Below, one piece after another: positions 10,060 to 21,165 of a DNA stretch of 64,000 nucleotides. The stretch's first letter is position 1; the number at the start of each line of letters is the position of its first letter. The notes below the pieces were generated by a model. That model saw nothing but the letters and a program-made list of their open reading frames with translations. It was not told the origin of the DNA and made no database searches. A program made the translations under genes and the position numbers. The stretch lies in NCBI GenBank assembly GCA_965248925.1, contig CBDFLE010000006.1, positions 224,001 through 288,000 on the forward strand. Direction: 5' to 3'. The DNA is from Candidatus Multivoradales bacterium. Its GTDB lineage: Bacteria > Acidobacteriota > Thermoanaerobaculia > Multivoradales > J023.

Positions 10060-13000
10060 TCAGCCACCCTCAGGCAATCGGCCGTAGCTACTCTCGCAGG
10101 CCCGATAACGTAGGTCCGCGGCGCTGCGGGACTCACCCAAAAAGCGTCGACGCTGCTCGGCAGTCAGGCAAGCGTTGGTCTGCTGACGCAACAGCTCGAT
10201 CAGCTGCGGCCAGTCCTTCGCCCACAGGGTCCACAACCGCACCGTATGATCGGCCGAGGCGGTGGCGATGGTCTGGCCATCACGGCTGAAGGTAGCGTCC
10301 CAGACTGGACCCCTGTGACCATCGAGATAAATTGGCTCTGCGGACGGGTCTTCTACCCGCCACACCCTGGCTAAACGATCTTGGGAAGCAGTCACCACTC
10401 GACTGCCGTCCGGACTGAGTGCGGCGCTCCACACCAGCGACTCGTGGCCGGAGAAACGGCCCAGCTCGACACCGTTGCCGACCCCGTCCCAAAGCCGCGC
10501 GGTGCGATCGGCCGAGGCACTGAGAATTTTCGAGTCGTCGTGTTGGAAGACCGCGGTCATCACCTGGTTGGAATGCTCACCCACAACCCTCGCGCCACCC
10601 GATCCATCAGTGTTACGCAGGCGCACGGTACGATCCTCGGAAGCCGACAGTATCTGCGCGTCGTCGCGGCTGAAAGCCACATCGCGGACCCAACTCTGGT
10701 GCTCATCGAAGGTCCGCACCAGCGAGCCGTCCCGCCGCCAGATGGCGATGGTGCCGTCGTAGGAAGCCGTGGCCAACAGCCTGCCGTCGTGGCTGAACTT
10801 GACGCTTAGCACCTTGTCCAGATGGCCCTCGAGGACTATCGGCTCGACACCGCCATCGGCCGGCCATATACGAGCCGTGGAATCGTCGGACGCGGTCACC
10901 ACCGAGCGGTCGTCGGGACTGAATTCGGCACTGCGAATGCGCTCCTCATGCCCTTCCAGGACGACTATCGATGTGAGGCTCTCGGTATCCCAAATCCGCG
11001 CCGTATTGTCGGCTGATCCGGAGACCATGTTCTGCCCGCTATGGCTGAATGCAACGCTCCAGACCTGGTCCGAGTGACCGGCTAGAACCCGCGGGTCAGT
11101 CGGCGGCGCGCTGCGCCAAACGCGAGCTGAATCGTCGTCGGAGGCGGTCGCGATCAAGCTGCCGTCAGGGCTGAAGATAGCTCTTTGCACCCAGCCCTCA
11201 TGACCCTCCAAGAAAACTGGCTCGCTGCGGCCATCGGCTTGCCACAAAGCCGCGCTGCCGTCGTGCGAGGCGGTCAAAATCCGGCGATCATCAGCACTGA
11301 AGGCGACGCCCCGCACCCAATCTTCGTGACCCTCGAGCACTACCGGCTCAGCGCCGCCATCGAGCTGCCAGACCCGCGCCGTATTGTCGGCACCGGCGGT
11401 CGCCAAGCGAGTGCCGTCGGCGGAGAAAGCAGCGGTCCAGACCCATCCCCGGTGGCCCTTGAGCTGCTTGCAGGGCCTCGCACCCTCGACCGCGCAAACC
11501 CACACCCGATAGTCCCGCGAGGTGGTCGCCAGATGGCTGCCGTCGGCGCTCCAGACGCCGTCGAGGACCCAGTCATCATGCCTTGAGACTATTCGTGACC
11601 CGCCGTCCGCGATGCTCCACAGGCGAGCGGTACCATCCCTTGAAACCGACAAGATTCGCTGCCCGTCGGGACTGAACCGAGCTTGCAGCACAGGGCCAGT
11701 ATGGCCCTCCAAGACCACCGGCCCATGGTCGCTCCCAAGGCTGTAGAGCAGCACTGTGCCGGCATGGGTAGCGGCGACCAGCTGGCTCCCATCGGGACTG
11801 AAACGGGCGCTGGAGACGGTGGCTCCAGCTGCACCGAGGACAACCGGATCAGTCCCTGATTCGAGTCCCCAGATCCGTACCGTGCCGTCCGCCGAAGCGC
11901 TGGCCAGACGCCTTCCGGCCGGGTCGAACTCGACCGTCAGAACATCCTTTGTATGGCCGCGGAAAACCCGTGGTTTGCCGATACCACTACTACGAAAAAC
12001 CCGGATTGTTGTGTCGTAAGAGGAGGTCGCGATAAGACTGCCGTCGGGACTGAAATCCAATCCCACCACTGGCCCGCGGTGGCCGTAGAGCACCGACCGC
12101 GGAATTGCCCAACCAGCCACCAACCGCGCCTCTCGGGCACCACCTGCGGGTTCTCTTCCGGGCCAGATCGCCGCACTCTCTAGCAGCAGCAGGGTGCGTG
12201 TGACCGGATCCAACAAATCGCTCGAAGCCTCGACAACCAAAGCCGCTCGGCGCTCGGTCGACAGGTGTTTCGAGCGCAAAGATTCGCGCCACGCCAGCAC
12301 CGCTAGCGCCAGGCAGATCAATGCCGCCACCGCCACGCCTTGCAGCATCAACCGTCGCCGCCGAACCTCCCTCGCTTGCTCACCCGCGCGCAAAGTAGTG
12401 CTGTCCTCGATGAACGAACGTTCTTGCTGCAGCTCCTGTGGCCGATCGTCCAGCCATTGCTCGGCTCGGGCCAGGGCGACACCGCGCAACAGGCCGCCGG
12501 GGTCGCGCTCGGTGCCAAGCCACTGCTGTTGAGCCGCTTGCAGGCGCTTACGCCAATGCAGGAACTCGCGATCTTCGTCGAGCCAACCGCGCAGCTTGCC
12601 CCACGAACGGAACAAGGCCTCGTGGGCGACCTCCAACAGCCGCTGCTCGCCTTCGCCGCGGACCACCAACAGTCGAGCCTTGACGAAGCGGTCGAGCACC
12701 GGCTGCAAGTCTTGGGGCAGGTCCCGCCAGCGCGCCGGCCGGCGGGCGAAGTTGCCTTCAGCATTGATTCTCGACATCGCCAGAAAAGCCCTGCTCAGCT
12801 GCTGTTCCCCCTCTGGCCCGAGCTCGGCGGCGGTGAGCACCGCATCGGCAACCCGCGCCACCGCACCGCTCATGCCACCCAAGCGCCGATAGTCCTCGAT
12901 TCGCAGCCGACCGTCGCCGCCAAAGCGCTCCCAGAGTTCGCGCAAAGCGAAGGCCAGCAGGGGCAGAGACTCCTCGCTGCGAGCATCCTCGACCACCGCC

Positions 13001-14310
13001 TCGACCAGGCCAGGCTCCAGCTCCAAGTCGGCCATCCTGGCCGGCTCGACGATGGTCTGCTTGACCCCGGCGGCAGACAACGGTCCGACCGACAGGGTCG
13101 CCGGCCGCAGATCCAACAGAATCGGAGTCTGTTGAAAAATGGTGTAAGAATCCGAGCGCAGAGTCACCAGGATCTGCACTGGAGAACCCGGCTGATCAGC
13201 CACTTGTCGCAGCAGCAGAAGGAAGCGCCCTGCCGGGCTCTCGGCATCGTGGCCAAGCAATTCTTCGAATTGGTCGACCAGCAGCAGCACCCGCGCCTCA
13301 GCCTGCTCTGTGCGCTCGATCAACACTTGCGCCAATTCGACCAGCGGATGGCCATTCGCCATTCGCGACTCGGCGGCAGACAGTGGCGAGGCCGCGGACC
13401 CATCGACCGCTTCACGGAGCAAGTGCAGATAGCGCAACGCCTCGCGGCTACCCACCTTGGCCAAAGCCCGTTCCAGGTCTAGCAGCGGCCCTTGCAGATC
13501 CTGCGTCGCCTGCTCAGCTGGCCCTTCAGCCGGCTCGTGGGAGGCGCCACCCTGCAAGCGCTGGTAAATCCGCTCCTTGGCACCAGCTTGGTCCAGCGCC
13601 TTGGCCAACACTCGGGCCAACTGCCAGAAAGGATCGTCACCGGGCCGCAACGCATCGAGCACCAGCCAATGTTGCCGGTCGCGGCGCAAGCGAGGCAGCA
13701 ACCCAGCGCGCACCAACGACGACTTCCCACTGCCTGAAGCACCGACCACCACCAGCCAACGCCCGTCGCCGAACTGACGCAGCTGTTGCAAGGTTTCGAG
13801 CCCTTTTTGGATCTCGGCATCGCGGCCAAAGAACACCGCCGCGTCGTCTTCTTGAAAGGCCAGAAGACCAGGATAGGGCGGCCGATCGCCCGGCCAGTCG
13901 AAGGCATTGGCCGGGTCGAGCCCGGCCACCACCAGACCCCGCCACAGCCGCCGCCAACCGCTCTCCCGATCGACGGTCAGATCGATCACCTGGCCAGAGG
14001 TCAGCACCGGATCGAGCTCGCAATCATCGATGCGCAGCGGAAACAGCGCCTTGCCCATCGACTTGGCATGGGTGATCTCAGCAAAGCACCAGCGCGACGC
14101 CATCGAGTGCCGGCTGCACAACACCAGCACAGCCCGGCAGGAGCGCAGTTGACGGTAGAGTTCCTGCTCCCAATCGTGACCGGCGGGAATCCCGTCCGCG
14201 GGATCGAAATCGAGGAACACCGAGCGATGCCCCTGCAACTCAAGCTGCCGGCGTACCTCGGTCGCCCACTCAGCGTCCTGACTGCTGTGACTGATGAAGA
14301 TCGAACTCAA
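10060..14310 (-). CDS. TIR domain - STAND (nSTAND1-like) NTPase - TM - WD40 repeat protein
   Basis: IFISHSSQD...SRWCFAE (TIR_2); PYPGLLAF...FFGR, GASGSGKSSLVRAG (Walker A), LLVDQFEEL (Walker B), LPLLAFAL, EVAHEALF; about 14 GH...W WD40 repeats. Confidence 0.92.
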   Translation of the reverse strand: MSSIFISHSSQDAEWATEVRRQLELQGHRSVFLDFDPADGIPAGHDWEQELYRQLRSCRAVLVLCSRHSMASRWCFAEITHAKSMGKALFPLRIDDCELDPVLTSGQVIDLTVDRESGWRRLWRGLVVAGLDPANAFDWPGDRPPYPGLLAFQEDDAAVFFGRDAEIQKGLETLQQLRQFGDGRWLVVVGASGSGKSSLVRAGLLPRLRRDRQHWLVLDALRPGDDPFWQLARVLAKALDQAGAKERIYQRLQGGASHEPAEGPAEQATQDLQGPLLDLERALAKVGSREALRYLHLLREAVDGSAASPLSAAESRMANGHPLVELAQVLIERTEQAEARVLLLVDQFEELLGHDAESPAGRFLLLLRQVADQPGSPVQILVTLRSDSYTIFQQTPILLDLRPATLSVGPLSAAGVKQTIVEPARMADLELEPGLVEAVVEDARSEESLPLLAFALRELWERFGGDGRLRIEDYRRLGGMSGAVARVADAVLTAAELGPEGEQQLSRAFLAMSRINAEGNFARRPARWRDLPQDLQPVLDRFVKARLLVVRGEGEQRLLEVAHEALFRSWGKLRGWLDEDREFLHWRKRLQAAQQQWLGTERDPGGLLRGVALARAEQWLDDRPQELQQERSFIEDSTTLRAGEQAREVRRRRLMLQGVAVAALICLALAVLAWRESLRSKHLSTERRAALVVEASSDLLDPVTRTLLLLESAAIWPGREPAGGAREARLVAGWAIPRSVLYGHRGPVVGLDFSPDGSLIATSSYDTTIRVFRSSGIGKPRVFRGHTKDVLTVEFDPAGRRLASASADGTVRIWGLESGTDPVVLGAAGATVSSARFSPDGSQLVAATHAGTVLLYSLGSDHGPVVLEGHTGPVLQARFSPDGQRILSVSRDGTARLWSIADGGSRIVSRHDDWVLDGVWSADGSHLATTSRDYRVWVCAVEGARPCKQLKGHRGWVWTAAFSADGTRLATAGADNTARVWQLDGGAEPVVLEGHEDWVRGVAFSADDRRILTASHDGSAALWQADGRSEPVFLEGHEGWVQRAIFSPDGSLIATASDDDSARVWRSAPPTDPRVLAGHSDQVWSVAFSHSGQNMVSGSADNTARIWDTESLTSIVVLEGHEERIRSAEFSPDDRSVVTASDDSTARIWPADGGVEPIVLEGHLDKVLSVKFSHDGRLLATASYDGTIAIWRRDGSLVRTFDEHQSWVRDVAFSRDDAQILSASEDRTVRLRNTDGSGGARVVGEHSNQVMTAVFQHDDSKILSASADRTARLWDGVGNGVELGRFSGHESLVWSAALSPDGSRVVTASQDRLARVWRVEDPSAEPIYLDGHRGPVWDATFSRDGQTIATASADHTVRLWTLWAKDWPQLIELLRQQTNACLTAEQRRRFLGESRSAADLRYRACESSYGRLPEGG

Positions 14311-14381
14311 ACTTGCCCCTCTCCTCCTAAATCACCGTCCACCTCTGATTTCGTTTCCAGATCGAGACCCCAACTCCGCGA

Positions 14382-15050
14382 CTAGCTCGTCTCGGACTCT
14401 AACTCCACCCTCCCGAGCAGCCCAGCCGCCGCCTCGCGAAACGGCCCCGCCCACTCGTGGCCGGCCGCAAAAACGCAGCTCTCGACATTCGCGCCGAGTT
14501 GCTTGAGCACCCCCAGATCGTGGCTCATCTTGGACTCGGTGTACCACTGATCGGCTGTGCCGCGGCCGATCAAGACCGGTGGCAAATAGGGGTGAGATCG
14601 AGCGACATCCGGTGGCACATCACCCGCCAGAACGATCAACCCCTGACTGACATGACGTCCCAAGGCCGCCGCCCTGTAAGCCATCGCCACTCCTTGCGAG
14701 AAACCGGCGAAAACCAGCTGCTCGCCAGCACCGTGCTCACTGCGCAGGAGGTCAATGACACTGGCGACGTAGCTCAGGTTGTCGCTGATCATCAGCTCGC
14801 GATTCTGGCTGGTCATCCAGCTCGCCACCACTTGCCGGCTGCGGCGGTCATAGAAGCGGTGCAGAGCACTGACCGCGATCACCTGCCAGCCCTTGGCTCC
14901 GGGGATCCGGCACAACTGTCCCAAGTGCTGCTCGGCACTCTCGCCATAGCCGTGAAAACCCACCAGTAGCGGCGGGCTCTCACCACACTCGCTGCCCCGT
15001 TCGATCAGGAAACGGCCATGGATGGAGGTCGCGATCGTTTGACTTTGCAA
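14382..15050 (-). CDS. Alpha/beta-hydrolase, phospholipase/carboxylesterase family
   Basis: FHGYG, GFSQG nucleophile elbow, G..D and GHE motifs. Confidence 0.85.
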   Translation of the reverse strand: MQSQTIATSIHGRFLIERGSECGESPPLLVGFHGYGESAEQHLGQLCRIPGAKGWQVIAVSALHRFYDRRSRQVVASWMTSQNRELMISDNLSYVASVIDLLRSEHGAGEQLVFAGFSQGVAMAYRAAALGRHVSQGLIVLAGDVPPDVARSHPYLPPVLIGRGTADQWYTESKMSHDLGVLKQLGANVESCVFAAGHEWAGPFREAAAGLLGRVELESETS

Positions 15051-15073
15051 GATGAATCCTCTCTGAAAGGCGC

Positions 15074-15916
15074 TCAGCTCTGGTCCAACCAGCCGCCGTA
15101 GAGTTCCGGTCGACGGTCGCGAAAAAACAGCTGTCGCGCATGGCTAGCCTGGCACTCAGCGAGGTCGACATCACACAGCAGCAGATCATCTTCGAGCTTG
15201 GCGGCCCGCGCCTGCACCCGGCCAGCGGGGTCGACCACAAACGATTCCCCGGCAAAGGCCAAGGCTCCCTCGATCCCGACTCTATTGCACAGCGCCACGA
15301 AATAGCCGTTTTGAAAAGCAGCGGTGCGAAGCTCGGCCTCATAGAGACCCTCAGGCCACTCGTCGAGGGTGCCAGCCTGCGGAATCGCCACCAAATCGGC
15401 CCCTGCCAGGGCCAGCGCCCGCATGTACTCAGGATAGTGACGGTCATAGCAGATCGCCACCCCAATCTTGCCCACCCGCGTGTCGTAGACCGGCGCCCCA
15501 CGGTCTCCGGGATGGTAGTAGTCCTGCTCGTGAAAACCCTCATAGTCGGTGATGTGTACCATCCGCGTAACACCGAGTAGCGAGCCGTCGGCGTCGAACA
15601 CTGGCGAGCTATCGAAGGTGCGGCCCCGCGAGTCGATCTCGAACAGGTTGAACACCGTCACCAGCTGATGTTGCTGGGCACGCTCAGCCACCCGCTCACA
15701 ACTCGGTCCAGGAATGGTCTCCGCCAGCTCCAGCGCCCCGGCCTCGCCACAGCTGGCGACTTTTTTGAATTGGGGAAAGAAGCGGTCGAGCACCAGCTCG
15801 GGGAAGATCATCAACTCAGCACCGGCCAGGGCGGCACGGTCCATGGCGTCGAGCACCCGCGAGAGGTTCTCGACTCGATCGTCCGACGAGCTGAGCTGGG
15901 CAAGGGCGAGTTTCAT
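15074..15916 (-). CDS. Carbon-nitrogen hydrolase (N-carbamoylputrescine amidase / beta-ureidopropionase-like)
   Basis: FPEL, ICYDRHYPE catalytic Cys motif, NRVG.E, FAGESF..DP.G, FFRDRRPELY. Confidence 0.88.
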   Translation of the reverse strand: MKLALAQLSSSDDRVENLSRVLDAMDRAALAGAELMIFPELVLDRFFPQFKKVASCGEAGALELAETIPGPSCERVAERAQQHQLVTVFNLFEIDSRGRTFDSSPVFDADGSLLGVTRMVHITDYEGFHEQDYYHPGDRGAPVYDTRVGKIGVAICYDRHYPEYMRALALAGADLVAIPQAGTLDEWPEGLYEAELRTAAFQNGYFVALCNRVGIEGALAFAGESFVVDPAGRVQARAAKLEDDLLLCDVDLAECQASHARQLFFRDRRPELYGGWLDQS

Positions 15917-15933
15917 GGTCTGCTGCTCTCCAA

Positions 15934-16734
15934 TCAACCTCGCAACGGCGCACACAGCTCCCGCACCCGCGCTTCGAGCGTGGCCGGTAGATCACCTTCC
16001 CCGGCGTGCTCTTCTACCAGCCGCACTAGCTCGCTGCCGACCACCACGCCGTCGGCTACTTTGGCGATCGCCGCGACTTGCTCGGCGGTGGAGATACCGA
16101 AGCCGACCACCAGGGGATGGGGCAAGCGGCGGCGCAGGCGTTTGATCTCACGCAGGGTTTCGCGCGGTAGCTCGGTGGGCTCGCCGGTGACGCCGAGACG
16201 AGGAATGTAGTAAACGAATCCGGAGGAACTCTTGGCCACCGTCACCGCGCGCTTCTTGCCACTGGTGGGGGCCAGCAGGAAGATCGTATCGAGCCCTTTG
16301 GCGCGCAGTGCCGGTACGTACTCCCTCTGACCCTCCTCCGGCGGCAGGTCGACGCACAGCACTCCATCGACGCCGGACGATGCGGCCTGCTCGGCGAACA
16401 ACTCGATGCCGCGGGCGTGGATCGGATTGAAGTAGGTGAAAAGGACGATCGGCACTTCGAGCTGGCGGCGCTGGCGGGCGACCAACTCGAGAATGCCCGA
16501 CAAGTGAGTTCCCGAGTCTAGTGCCCGCACCGCCGCCCGCTGATTGACCGGGCCGTCGGCGATCGGATCGGAGAAGGGCACTCCTAGTTCGATCAAATCG
16601 GCGCCGCCGCGGGCCAGGGCGGCAATCAACTCGCCGGTGGTCTCAAGATCGGGATCGCCAGCGACCAGAAAGGGGATGAAGGCCGCCCGCTTCTCCGCTT
16701 TGCAGCGAGCGAAGGTCTCACTGATGGCACCCAT
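15934..16734 (-). CDS. trpA: Tryptophan synthase alpha subunit
   Basis: IELGVPFSDPIADGPVNQ, VGFGIS, ADGVVVGS. Confidence 0.97.
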   Translation of the reverse strand: MGAISETFARCKAEKRAAFIPFLVAGDPDLETTGELIAALARGGADLIELGVPFSDPIADGPVNQRAAVRALDSGTHLSGILELVARQRRQLEVPIVLFTYFNPIHARGIELFAEQAASSGVDGVLCVDLPPEEGQREYVPALRAKGLDTIFLLAPTSGKKRAVTVAKSSSGFVYYIPRLGVTGEPTELPRETLREIKRLRRRLPHPLVVGFGISTAEQVAAIAKVADGVVVGSELVRLVEEHAGEGDLPATLEARVRELCAPLRG

Positions 16735-16735
16735 C

Positions 16736-18067
16736 TCAGTCGTCCTCCCGCTGCGCCTGCTCGGCACGGTCTTGTTCGGAACGGTGCTTCTCGACCCCGT
16801 GCCAAGCCTGGCTGGCGGGATGCGCCATGACTTTGGTGGCGCCTTCGCGCCGTGGTTTCTCCGCCTCTGGCCGGGCGTCGTAGGCCAGCACCGATTCGAC
16901 ATCTTTGTCGCCGCGACCCGAGAGATTGACCAACAGGATCTTCTTCGGCGACAGCCGCCCCGCCACCCGCGCGGCATAGGCCAAGGCGTGCGCTGACTCG
17001 AGGGCCGGCAGAATGCCTTCGGTCTTGGCCAGTAGATGGAAGGCGGCGATGGCCTCGGCGTCGGTGGCGCTGTCGTAGCTCACCCTCCCTTCCTGGTGCA
17101 GCTGAACGTGCTCGGGTCCGACCGCCGGATAATCGAGGCCGGCTGAGATCGAGTGGGTACCGGCGACCTGCCCTTCCTCGTCTTGCAGCAACATCGTCCG
17201 AGTGCCATGCAACACTCCCAAGCTGCCGCCGGCAAAACGCGCCGCGTGCTCGCCCAGAGCCTCCCCCGACCCACCAGCTTCTACGCCGACCAGTTTGACC
17301 TTGCTGTCGGCCAAGAAAGCGGTGAACAAGCCAATCGCGTTGCTACCACCCCCGACACAGGCGATCGCGCCGGTGGGCGAGACCGTGCCAGCCTGGCGCT
17401 TGAGCTGACGGCGGGCTTCGTCGCCGATCACCCGATGAAAATCACGCACCATACGTGGGAAGGGGTCGGGACCCAGCACCGAGCCGAGTACGTAGTGGGT
17501 GTCGCCAACGTTCTTCACCCAGTCGCGCATCGCTTCGTTGATGGCGTCCTTGAGCGTCCGGCTCCCCGAGTCCACCGCCTCTACGGTGGCGCCGAGCAGC
17601 TGCATGCGATCAACGTTGAGGCGCTGGCGAACGGTGTCTTCGACCCCCATGTAGATCACGCACTCGAGCCCCAGAAGGGCCGCCGCGGTAGCGGTGGCCA
17701 CCCCATGTTGGCCGGCTCCGGTCTCGGCGATCACCCGCGTCTTGCCCATTTCGCGGGCAAGCAAGGTCTGGCCGATGGCATTATTCAGCTTGTGCGCGCC
17801 AGTGTGCAGCAGGTCTTCGCGCTTCAACCAAATCTGCGCGCCGCCAAGGTGATCCGTGAGCCGCTCGGCAAAGTACAACGGCGTCGGTCGGCCAGCGTAG
17901 TGCAACAAGAGCTGGCGCAACTGCTTCTTGAAGGCCCGCTTGCGACTCAGCCGGTCGTAGGCCCGAGCCAGCTCGGCAACCGGTACCATCAGCGTTTCAG
18001 CCACGAAACGGCCACCGTAGGCGCCGAAATACCCAGCGGCATCAGGCCGGCGATTTGCTCTCGCCAT
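16736..18067 (-). CDS. trpB: Tryptophan synthase beta subunit
   Basis: [16 protein letters not shown] (PLP lysine), [27 protein letters not shown]. Confidence 0.98.
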   Translation of the reverse strand: MARANRRPDAAGYFGAYGGRFVAETLMVPVAELARAYDRLSRKRAFKKQLRQLLLHYAGRPTPLYFAERLTDHLGGAQIWLKREDLLHTGAHKLNNAIGQTLLAREMGKTRVIAETGAGQHGVATATAAALLGLECVIYMGVEDTVRQRLNVDRMQLLGATVEAVDSGSRTLKDAINEAMRDWVKNVGDTHYVLGSVLGPDPFPRMVRDFHRVIGDEARRQLKRQAGTVSPTGAIACVGGGSNAIGLFTAFLADSKVKLVGVEAGGSGEALGEHAARFAGGSLGVLHGTRTMLLQDEEGQVAGTHSISAGLDYPAVGPEHVQLHQEGRVSYDSATDAEAIAAFHLLAKTEGILPALESAHALAYAARVAGRLSPKKILLVNLSGRGDKDVESVLAYDARPEAEKPRREGATKVMAHPASQAWHGVEKHRSEQDRAEQAQREDD

Positions 18068-18695
18068 GTCGTATCTCCTCGAAGAGCCGGCGCAGCAGCT
18101 CAGGATCCTTCACTCCAGGAGCGGATTCCACTCCGGAAGCGACGTCGATTCCATAGGGGCGTGCGGCAGCGATCGCGGCCCGCACATTGTCAGGATTGAG
18201 ACCACCAGCGATCAGCACCCGCTTGCTGCCAGTGGCTGCGGCCACCGAAGCGAAGTTCCAAGTTTGGCCGCTGCCGCCATAGAGGGATGGATGGCGGCTG
18301 TCGACCACGAACCCCCAGACCTCGCGGTAGGGCTCGAACAGGGCGCCATCGAACTGCTCTTCGACCCGCAGCGCTTTGATTGCCCGGCGGCCGAAGGGGG
18401 CCAAATCCGCCGGTCCCTCGTCGCCATGAAATTGCAGTAGGTCGAGAGGGACCGCAGCGGCAATCCGCTTTACCTCGGCCACCCCAAGATTGACGAACAC
18501 GCCCACCAAGAGCGCCCGGCCCGCCACCGCTCGGGCGATACCTCGGGCTTGCTCCAGGTCGATCGAGCGGGGGCTTGGAGGGTGGAAGTTGAGACCCAAG
18601 AAGTCGGCGCCGAGATCGACCGCCAGCAGCGCTTCCTCGGGTCGGCGCAAACCGCAGATCTTAACCCGCAGTCGGTCGCGGCTCGGCCCGCTCAC
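18042..18695 (-). CDS. trpF: Phosphoribosylanthranilate isomerase
   Basis: [41 protein letters not shown] start overlaps the trpC stop. Confidence 0.95.
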   Translation of the reverse strand: MSGPSRDRLRVKICGLRRPEEALLAVDLGADFLGLNFHPPSPRSIDLEQARGIARAVAGRALLVGVFVNLGVAEVKRIAAAVPLDLLQFHGDEGPADLAPFGRRAIKALRVEEQFDGALFEPYREVWGFVVDSRHPSLYGGSGQTWNFASVAAATGSKRVLIAGGLNPDNVRAAIAAARPYGIDVASGVESAPGVKDPELLRRLFEEIRHGESKSPA

Positions 18696-19489
18696 TCGCC
18701 GATCAGCTCGCGCAACTTGGCCCCTGGATCCGGCGCCTTGAGCAGAGCCTCGCCGATCAAGAAGGCGTCGAAACCGACCCGACGCAGCATGTCCAATTCG
18801 CCGATGCCGTGGATACCGCTCTCGGCCACTTTCAAGGCACTGGTCGGGAGGCTCGATTGCAGGGCCATCGAGTGACCGATCTCGACTTTGAAGGTGCGCA
18901 AATCGCGGTTGTTGACCCCGACCAACTCCCACAATTGACCGTCGAGTTTGATCAGATCCGACAAACCGTGAGTTTCGATCAGCGGCACCAAACCATAAGC
19001 TCGAGCCAGCTCGGCATAGCTCTTCAGCTCTTGGCCACTGAAAAGCGCCGCCACCAGGAGAACGGCGGTGGCGCCAGCACGCTTGGCCCAATGCAGCTGG
19101 ATCGGATCGACGATGAAATCCTTGGCGATCGCCGGTAGTCCCGAGACCTCGTGGCAGGCCGCCAACAGTTCGTAGCTGCCGTGGAAGAAATCGGGTTCGA
19201 CCACCACCGACAACGCGGCAGCGCCATTCTTGGCATAAGTACGCGCCATCTCTAGCGGCTCGAACTGATCGACCAGCGAACCCAGGGAGGGAGAGCCCAT
19301 CTTGATTTCGGCGATCACCGCCCGGCCGCGTCGTTCGCGCAGCGCCGCCAGGAAGGCGTTGTTGGCATCGCTGAGCAGCTGGCTGCCGTCGCCAGTGGGC
19401 TGGCGTAGGCGCTCGACGGCACGCATCTTTTCTACCCGGCGACGCCGTTGGTCGGTGATCTGGATCAGAATGTCGGCGACCTGACTCAA
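18692..19489 (-). CDS. trpC: Indole-3-glycerol-phosphate synthase
   Basis: IAEIK.GSPS, KDFIVDPIQ, GVNNRDLRTF, VAESGI. Confidence 0.96.
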   Translation of the reverse strand: MSQVADILIQITDQRRRRVEKMRAVERLRQPTGDGSQLLSDANNAFLAALRERRGRAVIAEIKMGSPSLGSLVDQFEPLEMARTYAKNGAAALSVVVEPDFFHGSYELLAACHEVSGLPAIAKDFIVDPIQLHWAKRAGATAVLLVAALFSGQELKSYAELARAYGLVPLIETHGLSDLIKLDGQLWELVGVNNRDLRTFKVEIGHSMALQSSLPTSALKVAESGIHGIGELDMLRRVGFDAFLIGEALLKAPDPGAKLRELIGE

Positions 19490-19543
19490 ACTGCTCTCCT
19501 TCCCGCCGAGAATTCGGTTGCCCCTGAGGATACCGGAAGCCTC

Positions 19544-20557
19544 TCAAACTGCGAAACCCCGTAAGGCGTCGAGCTTTGCCGATGCCGCGCCACTCTTGAG
19601 GGCGTGCCGAGCAGCAACCAGGCCGGCGTCAAGGTCGGCGGCCACCCCGGCCACCCACAGTGCCGCGCCGGCATTGAGCGCGGTGATATCGGCCAAAGGA
19701 CCCTTCTCACCGGCAAAGATGCGTCGCAGCAAGGCAGCGTTGTCCGTGGCGCTGCCTCCAAGTAGGTCTTGCGGGCGCGCCAACTCGATGCCCAACTCGG
19801 TGGGGTCCAGGTCCCAGACTTGGACTCCTCCGTCGCGCACTTCGGCCACTCGGGTGGGGCCGGTGATGGTGATCTCGTCGAGACCATCGCTGCCGTGCAC
19901 CACCAATGCATGCTCACTGCCCAGCGCAGCCAGCACCTGGCCCACTTTGTCCACCAGGCTGGCGGAATAGACTCCCAGCAGCTGCCGCCTAGCGCCCGCT
20001 GGATTAGTCAGCGGACCGAGCACATTGAAGATCGTACGCAAGCCCAGGGCTTGGCGCACCGGCATCACCTCTTTCATCGCCGGGTGCAGCCTAGGGGCGA
20101 AGAGGAAGGCGATGCCGATTTCGTCGAGGGCGCGGCCGGCGGTCTCGGGTACGGTCTCGATCGACACCCCTAGCGCCGCCAACACATCGGCCGAGCCCGA
20201 CTTGCTCGACACCGAACGATTGCCATGCTTGGCCACCGGCGCGCCAGCCGCCGCTGCCACCAGAGCGGCGGCGGTGGAGATGTTGAAGGTGCCCTTGCCG
20301 TCGCCACCGGTGCCACAGGTGTCGACCGCCTCGGGGCGGTGATGGGAAATGGCGATCACCCGACGGCGCATGGCGGTGGCGGCGCCAGCAATCTCGGCCG
20401 CGGTTTCACCTTTCATCCGCAGGGCGACCAGTAGAGCCGTCTTGTGGACTTCGGACAATTCGCCATCCATCAATCGGCCAAAGAGGGTCTCGACCTGATC
20501 GCTGGTCAGATCCTGGCCGTCGATCAAGCGTTCGAGGGCGGTGTGGGTGTCTATCAT
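19544..20557 (-). CDS. trpD: Anthranilate phosphoribosyltransferase
   Basis: DTCGTGGDGKGTFNIST, KHGNRSVSSKSGSAD, FNVLGPLTNP, DGLDE. Confidence 0.97.
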   Translation of the reverse strand: MIDTHTALERLIDGQDLTSDQVETLFGRLMDGELSEVHKTALLVALRMKGETAAEIAGAATAMRRRVIAISHHRPEAVDTCGTGGDGKGTFNISTAAALVAAAAGAPVAKHGNRSVSSKSGSADVLAALGVSIETVPETAGRALDEIGIAFLFAPRLHPAMKEVMPVRQALGLRTIFNVLGPLTNPAGARRQLLGVYSASLVDKVGQVLAALGSEHALVVHGSDGLDEITITGPTRVAEVRDGGVQVWDLDPTELGIELARPQDLLGGSATDNAALLRRIFAGEKGPLADITALNAGAALWVAGVAADLDAGLVAARHALKSGAASAKLDALRGFAV

Positions 20558-21165
20558 CGGCAACCCTCTTTCGTAGGGGCGCGCGGCTGTGCGCCCTCTT
20601 CCCCACAGAGGTCCAGGAAGTTCCGCAGCAAAGTCGGTCCGTCCGGAGTCAGCACGGATTCGGGATGGAATTGCACCCCCCAATAGGGCAGCTGGCGGTG
20701 GCGCAGGGCCATCAAGGTCTCGTCTTCGCTCCACGCGATAGCCGCCAGCTCCTCAGGAACAGTGCGCGGATTGACCGTCAGGCTGTGGTAGCGGGTCGCC
20801 TGGAAAGGATTGGGCAAGCCAACAAACAGCGGGTCTTCGTCGAAGCGTATTCGCGAAGTCTTGCCATGCATCAGCTCAGCGGCGCCTTCGACCCGCGCGC
20901 CGCAGGAAGTGCCCAGGCATTGATGCCCCAAACAAACCCCGAGTACGGGCAACTCAGGTCGGGCGGCCAGCAAGTCGACACACACCCCAGCGTTCTCCGG
21001 CCGGCCGGGGCCAGGTGAGAGCACCACCCCGCGATCCTGGCGCGCCAGGATCTGCGCCACATCCAGAGCATCGTTGCGCACCACCTCGACCTCGGCACCC
21101 GCTTCGCCGAGCAGCTGCACCAGGTTGTAGGTGAAGGAGTCGTAGTTGTCGATCAGCAGAATCAT
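20554..21165 (-). CDS. trpG: Anthranilate synthase component II (glutamine amidotransferase)
   Basis: IDNYDSFTYNL, LSPGPG, GVCLGHQ, RYHSL, QFHPES. Confidence 0.95.
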   Translation of the reverse strand: MILLIDNYDSFTYNLVQLLGEAGAEVEVVRNDALDVAQILARQDRGVVLSPGPGRPENAGVCVDLLAARPELPVLGVCLGHQCLGTSCGARVEGAAELMHGKTSRIRFDEDPLFVGLPNPFQATRYHSLTVNPRTVPEELAAIAWSEDETLMALRHRQLPYWGVQFHPESVLTPDGPTLLRNFLDLCGEEGAQPRAPTKEGCR

